64,000 bases of DNA from Corallochytrium limacisporum Hawaii (lineage: Eukaryota > Protista > Pluriformea): positions 45,360 to 109,359 of the forward strand of contig PDIP01000108.1 in NCBI GenBank assembly GCA_002811645.1, given 5' to 3'. This document shows, piece by piece, positions 46,689 through 57,805 of the stretch (the stretch's first letter is position 1; each line of letters begins with the position of its first letter). The position numbers and the translations under genes were made by a program. The notes beneath the pieces are model-generated. The model was not told the DNA's origin, made no database searches, and saw only the letters and a list, made by a program, of their open reading frames with translations.

Positions 46689-49600
46689 CTACAGACTTAA
46701 GCGGCGTAACGGAGGGCGATTAGCATGGTCTGCACTGCGAGACCGCTGGAACTTGGTTGCGGCAGAGTTGAGTGCGGCTTCCAGCCTACGCGTGTCCACT
46801 GTTGCAGACGCGCGTGTGTGCCGTGTTACTCTATTGGAGCTGTCGTGAGTCGTCACCTGGGCTTTCTTGGACGGATCTGTGGAACGCTGTTTGCTCTGTG
46901 TCTTGCGGCGCTGTTTACGTCGGCGTTCCATCATGGCGCTGCGCTGAGCCAGAGTCATTTCCTCGCCTTCCACAACCTTCTCGTGAATGGCGTGACGTCC
47001 ACCAGGTTTGGAATGGTAGACATTTCGTGGGTACGGTTTGCGGCGGGCTTTATTGCTCGCACGCACGTAGTCTTCGTAAACAGCGTAGGGACTGCCCTTA
47101 GCGTACTGACGGCGTTCTTTGCCACCACTGCTGGTACCAACCCCGCCTCCTGCACCGCTGCCGGCACCGGGTGCCGCGTCCGGATCGGTCAGCTTTGGAC
47201 CAGTCTGCGCAAGGTTCACGGCGGCGCCATAAATGACTTGTGATCCACTGCCAATGTCGGCAAAGCAGTCAGACTCCTCCCATTGGAATGCCTTCAAGTA
47301 TTCCGAAGGATCACCGCCGACAACCTTCTGCAGTTCAACATCCAAGCGGCGTGAGTCCATTTCCGCTCGCAAATCCTCCTCAAGAGCTCCAAAATCGAAG
47401 GAGGTCGCCGTGAATCGCACCGGCGAAGGAGTCATAGATCGAGAACTGTTTCCATACGCAATGCTGTGTCCCTTGATCATTCGCGGAGATACGTCGACAT
47501 CGTGGTAGTCATCCCCCGATTCATGCATGATGCCGGCAACTGTGGCACTGTCGTGAAGATGGTGTTTGCGAATGCGATCATTGGACAGTTTATGCGTCAA
47601 GTCATCACTAAAGCGAACCGGTGATGGAGGTGAGGGTGATCTACCATTGTGGTCACTGACGGCGAGAGAGACCTTCAGATTACCGCCGTGACGTGGCGTC
47701 TTCGTTGGTGAACGCGGGGTGATTGCTACCGTGCCGCTGCCTTCCGGACCGGCCTCGCGCCTTGCAAGGACACTCGCAGTGGTGCGTGCTGAGTCGAGGG
47801 GAGAGATAGTCGTGTCCACCGCAGTCCAGCTCCGATGTGTCGTAGTGGCGCTCTCATTACCACTCTGCTGACCACCGCCGACACCGCGCGCAAAGCGCCT
47901 GCCGAAAGATCCAAAGATATTACGCCGTCCGCCACTTGAGGGACCCTCCGGCGAAACAGGCACCGGTAGTTTGGGCACTGGAGGTACACTCGTCCTAATA
48001 TTGCCGGATTCTAAGTCTGAGTCCTCCGTATCGTTCCCCGGCAACTCACTTGTCACATTCCCACCAAGGTCAAGTGGATCCTGGGCGGTGCCAAAGGAAA
48101 CATACTTCTCATATACTTCCTCACTGCGATCTAAGGGCTTCTGGGGTATCAAATTTAAAGTCCGGCGTTGATTTGCTCTCATACTCATATTGTTCAAGCG
48201 TCCACGCCAAGGTCCTCGCATGACTTGACCTGGATCCATCTGTAGCATCAGCGATGTGTACTGATCGATGCCATGGGTGGATGAGGATTGCTCCGAACCA
48301 TGAATATGCACGCGAGGAGGGGAGCCATCCGGTTGAGGTTGGCTCTCACTCCGCTCAAGACTGAGATCTGTGAGAATATGTGCCGCGGAACCCTCGGCTA
48401 AATTTTGTAGCCTTCGACGGATTTCATCATCCTCAAACTTCAACGCACCTTGGCGTTCGCGTCGCTGCGCCTCATTTTGGCTGAAGAAAGGATCGGAAGC
48501 AGCATCCACAGTCGATGGCACAGTCTGCTGTCGCCGTACGGCACCGCTGGCGGCTCTGCCCCTTTTGCGGTCCAGCATCTCGCGACCCATGAAATCACCA
48601 CCTGCCAGGGATCCTCGCCGTGGCAACCCGGAATCAGATCTCTCACGAACTGTCGAAACGGTCAGAGAGAGTCCACTACCTACTTCTTCGGAACCTCCGT
48701 TGATTTGCCTCTTTTCTTTCCTCGGGGTCACTGAATCAGAGTGCTGCAGCGCCTTCCGACCAGTAGTTACGTGACCAGAGGATGGAGAGTTCCAAAAGTC
48801 ATCCCGGAGGCTCGTCAAAATGGACGGCATATAGAAGTACTCAATGTTGCGATGGTGAGTCTTTACATGCTGCCGAAGATGTTTCATCCACAATGTCGGC
48901 TCCAAAGAGTCAGTTGGTCGCCACTGGACCTGCCTCGGCAAGGGTGCCGTTAGCCAGTTGAGATAGCTCCGAGTGGCCTTCCGCCATCCATTCATTCTTG
49001 ATTTGGTGCTCAAGCTAGACGGGGGTGCTGAACCCTGGTAGTGCAGAAAATAGTCAGATTCCATTGCCCAGATGTTCGGACGCTTCGGGTTGGGCACGAA
49101 AACACCCAAGAAAACATTCATGGCAATTTGTTTCTCAGCATCATTGAAAGAGTTGTTGTAGTACCTCTGTAAGTTCGTGAACAAATCACGGGACTGTGCC
49201 TTCCATGCTGCCGGCATGCGATAGGTGTCGATCGTATTGACCAACTGAGAACCACCATACTGTAGGGCAATGGTGTCACCCTTCTCCTCGTACATCTCTT
49301 CCAAGAGCTGCACACTTTCTGTGTCAAAGTCGAGATCTTGGTCTTCAGCGATCAGCCCAAGCGCTCGCAGCTGCAAAACCATCGCATGCTTTCCAATCAT
49401 AAACAGACATGCATTGGTTCGGTCAAGACAGTCTATACAGTTAACCCGAGGCACTCCGCTCTGACGATGCTTGGCAAAGTTTGGCTTGCGGGAAACTCTA
49501 CACACCTTGTCAAAGGAGACCTGCTTCTGATCACTTGGATCCATACCCGACATCAATGAAGTGGTCGACGACTCGCCGGTATTGTTCCTGTCTTGCTTTC

Positions 49601-52280
49601 GCAACTTCTGGATTTCTGTAGTCGGAGGCGCGTACTCTGGTGGATCAGATGCGCCTGAACAAAAGAAGTGGGTCTCCTTCAAGACTTGTTGTGCAATTTC
49701 GGAGAGTCTGTCTAGGACAGACTCTGACTCAACCTTTGCACACCGAGCAATGTCAAATGCATTGTACTGCAGTTGACGGTCATTGGGCAGGAATTTCTTG
49801 ACGTATTTAACAAGTTCTCCAAATTGCTTATGGAGAATACTCTCTCGAGGCTTCTTCTCTTTGGCTTTGACCAAGTTCACAATAACAATGGGAGATCCAT
49901 AGTTTTTGAACATCCAGTCGAAGTGCACGCATGCGCTGTGATGGAAGGGATCTCGACGTGTCACAGTAATTGGACGCTTCGGCGTCATGTGTGCATTGTC
50001 TTGGGCCCAAAACAGCGGAATTGACCCACGGGTGAGGACATAAGACGTGTATCTGTCACCAAAGTGGCTTAATGTAGATGCATCGTGAATGATCTGCTCA
50101 GTCTCAACAAAGTTTGCCACATGACCTGAGTCGTCAACACCACGTTTCAAAAAGCGTGGACCAGCAAAATGTCGATTTCTTCTCGCCAGGACGGTGACGT
50201 AGACAGGTTTACCCAGCACATCGAGTCTCGCTTGCGCAAGGTACCCATGAATGATTGCCACGATCCACTGTCGATCGACCTTGCTCTGAAAAGGTTCGAG
50301 GAAATACTGATTCCATATGAACTCTGTGCGACGCTGCGGGACGAACTGCGGTCCATTTGACCGCGTTGCAAAGTTGGGGTCTTTGTTGCACTCGCGCGTA
50401 AAGAAGTTTGTGTAGGAAGTCATATTCCACTGCAAGGAGTTTGTCAGATCGTATGTGTAACTGAAGTAAAAGTTCTGGGTCAAATCCACATCCCGAAATG
50501 ACTTTAGATATCGCTGTTCCTCGGGATCACGGACTGAACGGCCCCAGTCATTCAGAACTGGTACAAGACTCGATCCTTGCACACTGTAAATAATGTGCGA
50601 GCCAATGGATGCCACTCGTTTACGCTTCGTCAGGCAGACCAAGTAGAATCCCTCCAGGAATCTCACGAAGCCAAGAATGGCGTAAGCTGACAACCTCTTC
50701 AACAAACCTCCCGTTGCGCGATTACCTTCGTGTACCATAACTAAGATGTCCACAACCTCCTCCTTCGTGTACGTCATACCGTCATCATGAATTTCCAGTC
50801 GTCTTGAGGCGCTCCGATCAACTTTAAGGATACGGAATCGCTCCTCCAAGGCATCACAACCGACAATGTACTGCCTCATTTTGGTCTCATAGATGATGAT
50901 TCTCTCCAGCGGTTGCGGGCTCGCCGCAGGAAGGAGAAGTGTGTGCGCTGGCTCGTCGTGTTCCGCTTGGTGATGAAGGGCCTCACTAAACTCTTGTTTG
51001 AGCAGCCTCTTGCGTTCATCCTCAAGCCGATCAAGATGATCGTCATCTTTCTCTTCATCGAAGTCTGCTGACACGTCCCCGAATTGGTACATCATGGCCA
51101 TACTCCGTCGCTTCTCTGCCTCCTTCTCTTCCTTTGCGATCCTAAAGAGACTTCCATCACTGTGCGATCTTCGGATTCCTATCCGTTGAGGTTCTTCTTC
51201 GTCCACCTCAATTGATTCCACTTCACTAGACTGAATGGAATCCATAGGGACTTCAGGCACGGCAGTTTTCTCGGCATCGTCAGTCGCGTCCACTGTCCCT
51301 TCAATTTCCACATGCCCTTGGGACTTCTTTGTTTCTTGGTGTGTCTCATTTCTGTTCTTTCTGATTTCTTGGATCCAAAAGTCTCCCAATTCTTCCCTGG
51401 ACCTTTCCTCTGGTATCGCTTCCTCTTGAATTCCCAGTAATTTTGTATCACCTGCACTGCGATTTCGTCGGTGAGCGCGCTTTTTCGCATCCGACTTCCT
51501 GGCATCGGCCGATGCGTTGCTCTTTGTACGACGGTGGGTCCGTGCTCCTCCCTCTAGTGTCAAATTCTTGAATATCTGCTCTGCGTGCTCTATCATCGCT
51601 TTCTCAGTGATGTCGCTCGCTGACTTGGACAGGCGGTGTCCCCTTGTCCTCGCCAGACTTCTGGGTGCCGAAGGTTCAACCCAGTCGTCTCGAAGGGGCA
51701 CCCGTTCCACAACCTGGGCGTCACGATTTTGACTATTCTGGACTGGTGGCTGGTTTGGTATGGACGTCTGTTGCCTATTGTGGCTCTCAGCATCACTCTC
51801 GAGCGGATTGTTGTTCTCATGTTCCCCACTGGGAGATCCTGGAATCGTTTCAAAGTTGTTGGTGCGCAGAAGGGAGGCCAACGGACCACTCAATGGCTTC
51901 TGTACCTGACTGACGCTGTGCTGTAGAGATTTCCCATCGCTGCTATCTGTTGTGCCGTCACCCTCTCCCATCCTCTTTGATCCATTCTCGCCTTCGCCCT
52001 CAAACGAAATGTTTTCGTTGCTCGTGAACAGTTTAGCGTTTGGGTCCAGAATGGTAGGCCTCCTGGGAGCCGGAACACGCTCACTTTCATTGCTTAGTAC
52101 AGAGATTTCAGAAACCGACCTACGGATGTTATACATCTCGTCTATTGAAGCCTCAATGTTGCTCGCATTTTCCACATCGAACTCAGTTTCCGCTGTCGCC
52201 TGCGACAGGGACGGACGTCGAGCGATCCCCTTCCTCCGATTGGTAGCAGGATAGTTGCTGCTTCCGTCCCGTTGTGACAT
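46689..52280 (-). CDS. FIG4: Sac-domain PI(3,5)P2 5-phosphatase FIG4/Sac3 with long extensions
   Basis: IYETKMRQYIVG, YFSYTYDLT, FAGPRFLKRG, RGSIPLFWAQ, catalytic RVNCIDCLDRTN and GDTIALQYGGSQLV. Confidence 0.95.
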   Translation of the reverse strand: MSQRDGSSNYPATNRRKGIARRPSLSQATAETEFDVENASNIEASIDEMYNIRRSVSEISVLSNESERVPAPRRPTILDPNAKLFTSNENISFEGEGENGSKRMGEGDGTTDSSDGKSLQHSVSQVQKPLSGPLASLLRTNNFETIPGSPSGEHENNNPLESDAESHNRQQTSIPNQPPVQNSQNRDAQVVERVPLRDDWVEPSAPRSLARTRGHRLSKSASDITEKAMIEHAEQIFKNLTLEGGARTHRRTKSNASADARKSDAKKRAHRRNRSAGDTKLLGIQEEAIPEERSREELGDFWIQEIRKNRNETHQETKKSQGHVEIEGTVDATDDAEKTAVPEVPMDSIQSSEVESIEVDEEEPQRIGIRRSHSDGSLFRIAKEEKEAEKRRSMAMMYQFGDVSADFDEEKDDDHLDRLEDERKRLLKQEFSEALHHQAEHDEPAHTLLLPAASPQPLERIIIYETKMRQYIVGCDALEERFRILKVDRSASRRLEIHDDGMTYTKEEVVDILVMVHEGNRATGGLLKRLSAYAILGFVRFLEGFYLVCLTKRKRVASIGSHIIYSVQGSSLVPVLNDWGRSVRDPEEQRYLKSFRDVDLTQNFYFSYTYDLTNSLQWNMTSYTNFFTRECNKDPNFATRSNGPQFVPQRRTEFIWNQYFLEPFQSKVDRQWIVAIIHGYLAQARLDVLGKPVYVTVLARRNRHFAGPRFLKRGVDDSGHVANFVETEQIIHDASTLSHFGDRYTSYVLTRGSIPLFWAQDNAHMTPKRPITVTRRDPFHHSACVHFDWMFKNYGSPIVIVNLVKAKEKKPRESILHKQFGELVKYVKKFLPNDRQLQYNAFDIARCAKVESESVLDRLSEIAQQVLKETHFFCSGASDPPEYAPPTTEIQKLRKQDRNNTGESSTTSLMSGMDPSDQKQVSFDKVCRVSRKPNFAKHRQSGVPRVNCIDCLDRTNACLFMIGKHAMVLQLRALGLIAEDQDLDFDTESVQLLEEMYEEKGDTIALQYGGSQLVNTIDTYRMPAAWKAQSRDLFTNLQRYYNNSFNDAEKQIAMNVFLGVFVPNPKRPNIWAMESDYFLHYQGSAPPSSLSTKSRMNGWRKATRSYLNWLTAPLPRQVQWRPTDSLEPTLWMKHLRQHVKTHHRNIEYFYMPSILTSLRDDFWNSPSSGHVTTGRKALQHSDSVTPRKEKRQINGGSEEVGSGLSLTVSTVRERSDSGLPRRGSLAGGDFMGREMLDRKRGRAASGAVRRQQTVPSTVDAASDPFFSQNEAQRRERQGALKFEDDEIRRRLQNLAEGSAAHILTDLSLERSESQPQPDGSPPRVHIHGSEQSSSTHGIDQYTSLMLQMDPGQVMRGPWRGRLNNMSMRANQRRTLNLIPQKPLDRSEEVYEKYVSFGTAQDPLDLGGNVTSELPGNDTEDSDLESGNIRTSVPPVPKLPVPVSPEGPSSGGRRNIFGSFGRRFARGVGGGQQSGNESATTTHRSWTAVDTTISPLDSARTTASVLARREAGPEGSGTVAITPRSPTKTPRHGGNLKVSLAVSDHNGRSPSPPSPVRFSDDLTHKLSNDRIRKHHLHDSATVAGIMHESGDDYHDVDVSPRMIKGHSIAYGNSSRSMTPSPVRFTATSFDFGALEEDLRAEMDSRRLDVELQKVVGGDPSEYLKAFQWEESDCFADIGSGSQVIYGAAVNLAQTGPKLTDPDAAPGAGSGAGGGVGTSSGGKERRQYAKGSPYAVYEDYVRASNKARRKPYPRNVYHSKPGGRHAIHEKVVEGEEMTLAQRSAMMERRRKQRRKTQSKQRSTDPSKKAQVTTHDSSNRVTRHTRASATVDTRRLEAALNSAATKFQRSRSADHANRPPLRRLSL

Positions 52281-52341
52281 ATTTATGGGATGTGATTTTC
52301 AAAGGTTTGCCATGTCAAATGGTAAGACATTTTGATAAGTA

Positions 52342-52459
52342 CTGTTAGTGAGCATCGCTATATTCGCCGTGGCACACTCATCACAAGATTTCATATTTGT
52401 TTTGCATACTAAATCGTTGTTTACAGTGTGCAGCCGCAACGAACAGTATCTCAGGTTAC
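52342..52459 (-). other. Putative 5'UTR intron upstream of FIG4
   Basis: Minus strand AA|GTAACC ... CACTAACAG|, with the branch point fused to the acceptor. Confidence 0.35.
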
Positions 52460-52885
52460 TTCCATTGCTCAAATAGTTTGGGAATATGTGAAACTTCACA
52501 GGAATACGGTCCCATCCCTGCGAAACAACTTCCTAACGTCAACGCCCGGACAGCCACTGGCGACGCCCATCCCCTGAGTTGCGAAACCCGCCGCCGCCGC
52601 CGAGTCTCCGAACGCGTTCGCGACCACAGAACGAGGAGGTGGGATTTGTAGAGCTCCGGGGTATATTGGGAGTGAGAAGGATCAGGAAGGGAAATGGGGG
52701 GGGGGGAAGAAACGACTAGTGGTACTTCGAACGGGTGATAGGACAGCTGCGAGGGTTGGACGGGGAACAAGGGGGCAGGAGGAGGTGTAGGGGACTGTGA
52801 CTAGAGGTTGACATGATATGAACCCCATCAGGGGCCAAAAGAATCACTTGATCTCATTCAAATATTCAAAATGTATATTACACGC

Positions 52886-55800
52886 TCATTCGTGCTCAAC
52901 AAGGAGACTAACTGGAATATCTGCACGGATTATGGGCTCTGAGGGACCCTGGGGATGGTGGCTCCGGGCAGGGATTCGGGACGTGTCAATAGTTGGCCGG
53001 ATGCCAAGGCGTTCCGCTCCGAGCAATATTTTTATACCGTCCTTTTTGGAGGTATCTTTGCCCTCGAGGGCCTGCATCAAGCTCTCGCTCTGCTCAATTT
53101 CTTTGGAAAAGATGCTGTTCTGCCTTTCCTGGGCAATATTCTCATGGCTTGGTGACTTGCCTTTGCGTAGGGTAGCGGAACGTTCCGGCTCGCAGAATCG
53201 ACAACTGACATTGTGCTGATCAAGCTCCCGCTCTTGCTCTATAGGATCCTGTAATCCAGTGGCGCACTGGGGATGATAGACATGGCCGCAGCGGAAGAAC
53301 ACACCAGATCCGTCAAAAGGATCCAGCCCACGGTGGCATAACGCACACGGTCTCCATCGACCTCGCCAACCGCCACTCTGTTTCGCCCTGATGCGTGTTA
53401 TTTTCTCCATGATATCCTCACCTGCGGCGCGCGCCAGCATTCGATGCATCAATACTTCCTGGGCTAGATCATCTAGCAGACTGCTCAGCATTTCCCTGCT
53501 TTCCGCCAAGCGGGCAGAGGACAGTGTTGCGAAGTTCTGCAAAGAGAATTCCATGAGTGCTCTGCTGTCCTGTCCCACTGCAATGGCACGTAGCATGACC
53601 ATTTTCAGCACTCCCAAGGAGAGATTATGCTTCTGGTTAGAAGCCTTCACCCCTGATATGGCTACGTCGACTGACCGTAACAGATCCATCCAACTCTGAG
53701 ACACTCCATCAACCATAGGGGTGTCTGCTTGACGGCTCATGCGTGCGCAGACTTGACAGGCTACGGAAATCAATCTAAAGGCCAGTGGGGGTGAGTCCTC
53801 TGTCAAAGATCGTCGCACAGATCTCCGCACTTCGATTCCAGCCTCGAAGGGGTTTTCTGTGTCTGCTACAGGGGCTGGAGTGAATGGTTCACTTGTGATC
53901 ACCGACGTTTTCCGTGAACACGCAATCAGTTTGACAAGAGTGCCAGGATCCGCACCTGCCAGTTCCGTCTTCAAGGTGTCACAGATGTAGTCCAGAGCCA
54001 CCTGGGCGCCATCTGCATATAACTTGCAGATAGCGTAGGCATCAAGGATACCGGAGCTCAAAGATAACTCCATTATCTTCGATATGTCCACTTGCAATGG
54101 TGAAGGCTCTGACATACTCAGCATCTGATCAATGTAGCGAGCTAAGCGACCAGGCGCAACTTCAACCATCAGATCCAAGAACATGCCATGCAACAATTGA
54201 ATCCGGCTCCGATCTAACTTTTCCAGTTGTTTGCTGGTTGATCTGGACAGTTTCTTGACAATATATCCAATGAACTCGAATCGAGTATAGGGATCCCCAT
54301 CGAAGTCATTGATCGCTAGTCCAATGCACTCCTCAAAGCCGAAAAATTCAAGAATGATGTCAATCGTTTTGGGAATGTCAACAGACGTCAAGAAGTCAAT
54401 CCTGTTTCGAATCCATTCCGCATACACTTGTTGCTGAGACGGACTTCCAGTACGATGCGCATTCATCTCTGTAAGTACACGCTCCAAGTAAGGCAGTGCC
54501 ATGGCATGGAAACGGGAATCCCCTGTGAGGACTAGACAATTCAATGCTTCGACATGTTCCTTCTGCTGCGCATAATAGTTGAAGCCTAGTCGATACCATC
54601 CCTTCTCTGCAATCATCATTGGTAAATGACGTTCAGCAAGAGCGGGCGCGAATTCAGGATCGTCAAGCAGCCGGCTCAACAGTGACTCACCTACTCCATG
54701 AGGGGCAGAGTCGCCCATACTGACATCAATAATTTGCTGCCGTGCGGTGTCTGAAAGCACAACAGAGCCCCGATGTAAGTCAGCTGACTTATACACAAAG
54801 GTTACAATCTCCATTGCGATTTTCGCATCCTCCTCGGAAGCACCTTGGGTACTCTCGGACTCTAGAATATCTTTGCCAACCAATAGAAGGATGTCCACAA
54901 CCAGTTGTCGATCCGGGATGGGGAATCCGAAACTAATGTTGAAAGACATAACATCGTCCAGATAGGGGTCTTCAAATGCATTTTTCAGAGTCTGCAAGAA
55001 CCGAGCGATATCCAAACGCAGGAGAAAGCTGAGATTACCGTAGCTACTGGAAACGCCTGGTAATCCTTGCCTATCAATAATGAAATTCCATGTGTCACTC
55101 TTTGCCTTCAGCTTTGATTCGTCACGTTCCAACAGACACTCTTCCAAGGCCATAAAGTAGCGCTCTGGCAAAGCAGCAAGGGCCGGACCCTTACTGCTCT
55201 CTACAACCTCCGAACGTCGTATCAAATCTCGAATCTTTTGAAGCGGTGTCTCATAGTCTCCCAAGGATTCACCAAATATTCGAAGAAGTGCATCAATGAG
55301 GAAATGCTTCGAACAGAGCCGCACACTCTCGTTCAGATCAATCTTCTCAATGGGAACACTCATCAATGTGTCTTCAAGCCGGCTCGCAGCGCCTTCGCGA
55401 TCCAATGCATCAAGCATGCTATTCACAATCTCTGGAGATACGTCTCCCAATGCTCCGCTCAAAACATAAGGTTGTAAAGCAATCAAGAATGTATCCCTTG
55501 TTTGCTCACGGACTTTAAGATCACTGCTGCTACCTTGCTCAAACATGCTCCCGGTGTCACCACACCATTTGCGATAAAGAGCGCCCGTAAGTTCCTCGTG
55601 GAAATTCATGATCAGGCAAAACTCTATGGTTAGTCTTGCACAGACTTCAAGAGAAGTCGAATCCTCGAAGGCGGCAAAATCCGAGAAGGCCTGGTTGTTG
55701 TAGGAGTTAATGACAGACAAAAACGAACGTCGCCAAATTTGGGCGTTGCGTAGACGTTTCTGTACCTTCATGGATCTCTGGTCTGTTTCAATTGCAATGT

Positions 55801-57805
55801 CCCCACCGTTTGCAGACTGATTAGCAAGACGCATCATTTCGATCATAGTAGGCATTTCACTGGCGTAGATGATGGCTCCCTCGTATGATTTCGCACGGAT
55901 TAGGGAAGTCAGCACTTCTCTTCGAGACGGAATGTAGTACACTCCCACCTCTTGCATACCAATGACAAAAATCTGACCACGGTAGGCAACAATCGATGAA
56001 CCGTAGAACCGCATTGCTTGGCTTAGCCCCGCGTCCTTCCTATACACCAAGTCAAGGTGTTGTAGAGATATCGTTTGCTTGACTCTTCGCGACCGGTAGT
56101 CTACAAGCTTCAGATTCTCATCGTCATCTAGGATAGCCAGTGAATGACTGTCCAGCCAATGGCAAGTTGTTGGTCTACAGTGCAGCTGAATATTACAAAG
56201 GGGTAAGACTTCCAGAGCTCGGGCAATCAAAGCCGGGCTGCGACTGGCCTCAATGTCTCGAGCACTTACTTCCGCGATGGTAGGCCAATCCACACTTACC
56301 TTGTAGATGCGGCAATTCGTTTCCCAGCAGACTGCCAATCGCGTTTCTGTCGCATCATTCGCTCCGCCCAACAGGGAAGATTGGCCTTCAAACTGGTGCC
56401 TCGATCTGGCGGTTGGTGGTTCCCTACGGCGATCTCTGCTCCTCAATTCGGCAGATATCATACTTTTATCTTGTGGGTCGTACCATGCCAACGAGGGACG
56501 TGACATGAGATCCAAGCTTCGTCGACTATTGAATGGCAGGGTTTGAACAATATGCGCCGACGGATAAATCAATGTCAGGAAGACATTCATCTTGCTTGCC
56601 AGAGCCAGTAAATGAAGTCCTTTTCGTTGCTTCACTCCTGCCATTCGTCGCCTGAGTGCATCTTCGACCTTATTGTCAGTGCTTTGATCTCTAAATACCT
56701 TGTTCATAACTGCATGCTCATCCCTGAACGATTGTGGTCCAGCCATCGCCAATGCTGCAGTCTTCCGACCACTAAGAAGGAGTTGATGGCTCACAGTCAT
56801 TCTTGTGCCTTTGTTCTTCGGCAAAAACTTTGAGCTAGAGGAAACATAGGCAATGTACAGCGCACCCTGCGCGTCCATGATCACGTACGCGCCCCTTCCG
56901 GGGAGGCAAGCGAGTTGACGAATCGCAAAGTCTTGCGGTGCCTGCTCACTTGGATTGATTGACTGCATGGCCGTTTGCGGCCGCGACAAATCCGCCAACA
57001 CCGATTCTTTGTTGTACTCCAAGTTCCACAGGAGGACGGTACCATCCTCGTAGCCCGCAACTATGTGGTTCACCGACAGTGGTAGTGAAATGCCTCGCGC
57101 GGCATCTGGCTTTGGGGTCTCAAATTGCAGGGCTGTTACGGCCACAATCGAATCCGCATCTGCATTCCTCCCCGACTCCCCATTTTCATCCAAATTGCTG
57201 TTGTACAATCCATTGCCAGTAGACTTGGATCGACCCTCCAAACTTATTTTCAGACGCTGTTCATTGAGATCGAAAACTAAGATGTGACCCCGTGAGGTTC
57301 CGAATGCGATAGAATTAGCAGCCACTGTCATGGCAGTCGGTAATCCGTGCTTCTCTCGAAGCCCGATAAGAATATTGGATGCTGCATCCAGTCGTCTTCG
57401 ATTGAGCTGATTTAGTTCGTCAGCAGTCAAAGTTTCTGTGCGGCTCAGATCGCCAGAAGGTTTTTGTGGTGGTACATCCCGATCACTAGCACTCACCGGT
57501 GATCGCTCCCGTTGGGTAACAGACGTTGACCCAGCTTTCTGAGATGATTTCGAGCGTCCATGATCTAGTGAAGCGTCTGGGAAAGAGATCCTAGAGTTAT
57601 CAATGGTTCCAGGGGACTGTTTGTCCCTCTGTAGTGGTGAACCCGTGGAGTGAATTTCCGACTCGTCATAGTCGTCCAGCTCTAACAGCTTTTCAAAGTC
57701 TTCAGTGTCTGTGTTTGGAAACTCCTTGCTGCTAATTTCTAAGCGCTGCAGATCTGCGTTGATAGCAGACGTGATCTCATCATCTGAATCGGAAAAGTCA
57801 ACCAT
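52886..57805 (-). CDS. VPS8: CORVET subunit VPS8
   Basis: N-terminal beta-propeller (HGLPTAM..IAFGTSRGHILVFD), Vps8 domain (FLIALQPYVLSGAL..VSPEIV), helical repeats and C-terminal RING-H2 CALC...CGHVYHPQC...CRFC. Confidence 0.88.
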   Translation of the reverse strand: MVDFSDSDDEITSAINADLQRLEISSKEFPNTDTEDFEKLLELDDYDESEIHSTGSPLQRDKQSPGTIDNSRISFPDASLDHGRSKSSQKAGSTSVTQRERSPVSASDRDVPPQKPSGDLSRTETLTADELNQLNRRRLDAASNILIGLREKHGLPTAMTVAANSIAFGTSRGHILVFDLNEQRLKISLEGRSKSTGNGLYNSNLDENGESGRNADADSIVAVTALQFETPKPDAARGISLPLSVNHIVAGYEDGTVLLWNLEYNKESVLADLSRPQTAMQSINPSEQAPQDFAIRQLACLPGRGAYVIMDAQGALYIAYVSSSSKFLPKNKGTRMTVSHQLLLSGRKTAALAMAGPQSFRDEHAVMNKVFRDQSTDNKVEDALRRRMAGVKQRKGLHLLALASKMNVFLTLIYPSAHIVQTLPFNSRRSLDLMSRPSLAWYDPQDKSMISAELRSRDRRREPPTARSRHQFEGQSSLLGGANDATETRLAVCWETNCRIYKVSVDWPTIAEVSARDIEASRSPALIARALEVLPLCNIQLHCRPTTCHWLDSHSLAILDDDENLKLVDYRSRRVKQTISLQHLDLVYRKDAGLSQAMRFYGSSIVAYRGQIFVIGMQEVGVYYIPSRREVLTSLIRAKSYEGAIIYASEMPTMIEMMRLANQSANGGDIAIETDQRSMKVQKRLRNAQIWRRSFLSVINSYNNQAFSDFAAFEDSTSLEVCARLTIEFCLIMNFHEELTGALYRKWCGDTGSMFEQGSSSDLKVREQTRDTFLIALQPYVLSGALGDVSPEIVNSMLDALDREGAASRLEDTLMSVPIEKIDLNESVRLCSKHFLIDALLRIFGESLGDYETPLQKIRDLIRRSEVVESSKGPALAALPERYFMALEECLLERDESKLKAKSDTWNFIIDRQGLPGVSSSYGNLSFLLRLDIARFLQTLKNAFEDPYLDDVMSFNISFGFPIPDRQLVVDILLLVGKDILESESTQGASEEDAKIAMEIVTFVYKSADLHRGSVVLSDTARQQIIDVSMGDSAPHGVGESLLSRLLDDPEFAPALAERHLPMMIAEKGWYRLGFNYYAQQKEHVEALNCLVLTGDSRFHAMALPYLERVLTEMNAHRTGSPSQQQVYAEWIRNRIDFLTSVDIPKTIDIILEFFGFEECIGLAINDFDGDPYTRFEFIGYIVKKLSRSTSKQLEKLDRSRIQLLHGMFLDLMVEVAPGRLARYIDQMLSMSEPSPLQVDISKIMELSLSSGILDAYAICKLYADGAQVALDYICDTLKTELAGADPGTLVKLIACSRKTSVITSEPFTPAPVADTENPFEAGIEVRRSVRRSLTEDSPPLAFRLISVACQVCARMSRQADTPMVDGVSQSWMDLLRSVDVAISGVKASNQKHNLSLGVLKMVMLRAIAVGQDSRALMEFSLQNFATLSSARLAESREMLSSLLDDLAQEVLMHRMLARAAGEDIMEKITRIRAKQSGGWRGRWRPCALCHRGLDPFDGSGVFFRCGHVYHPQCATGLQDPIEQERELDQHNVSCRFCEPERSATLRKGKSPSHENIAQERQNSIFSKEIEQSESLMQALEGKDTSKKDGIKILLGAERLGIRPTIDTSRIPARSHHPQGPSEPIIRADIPVSLLVEHE

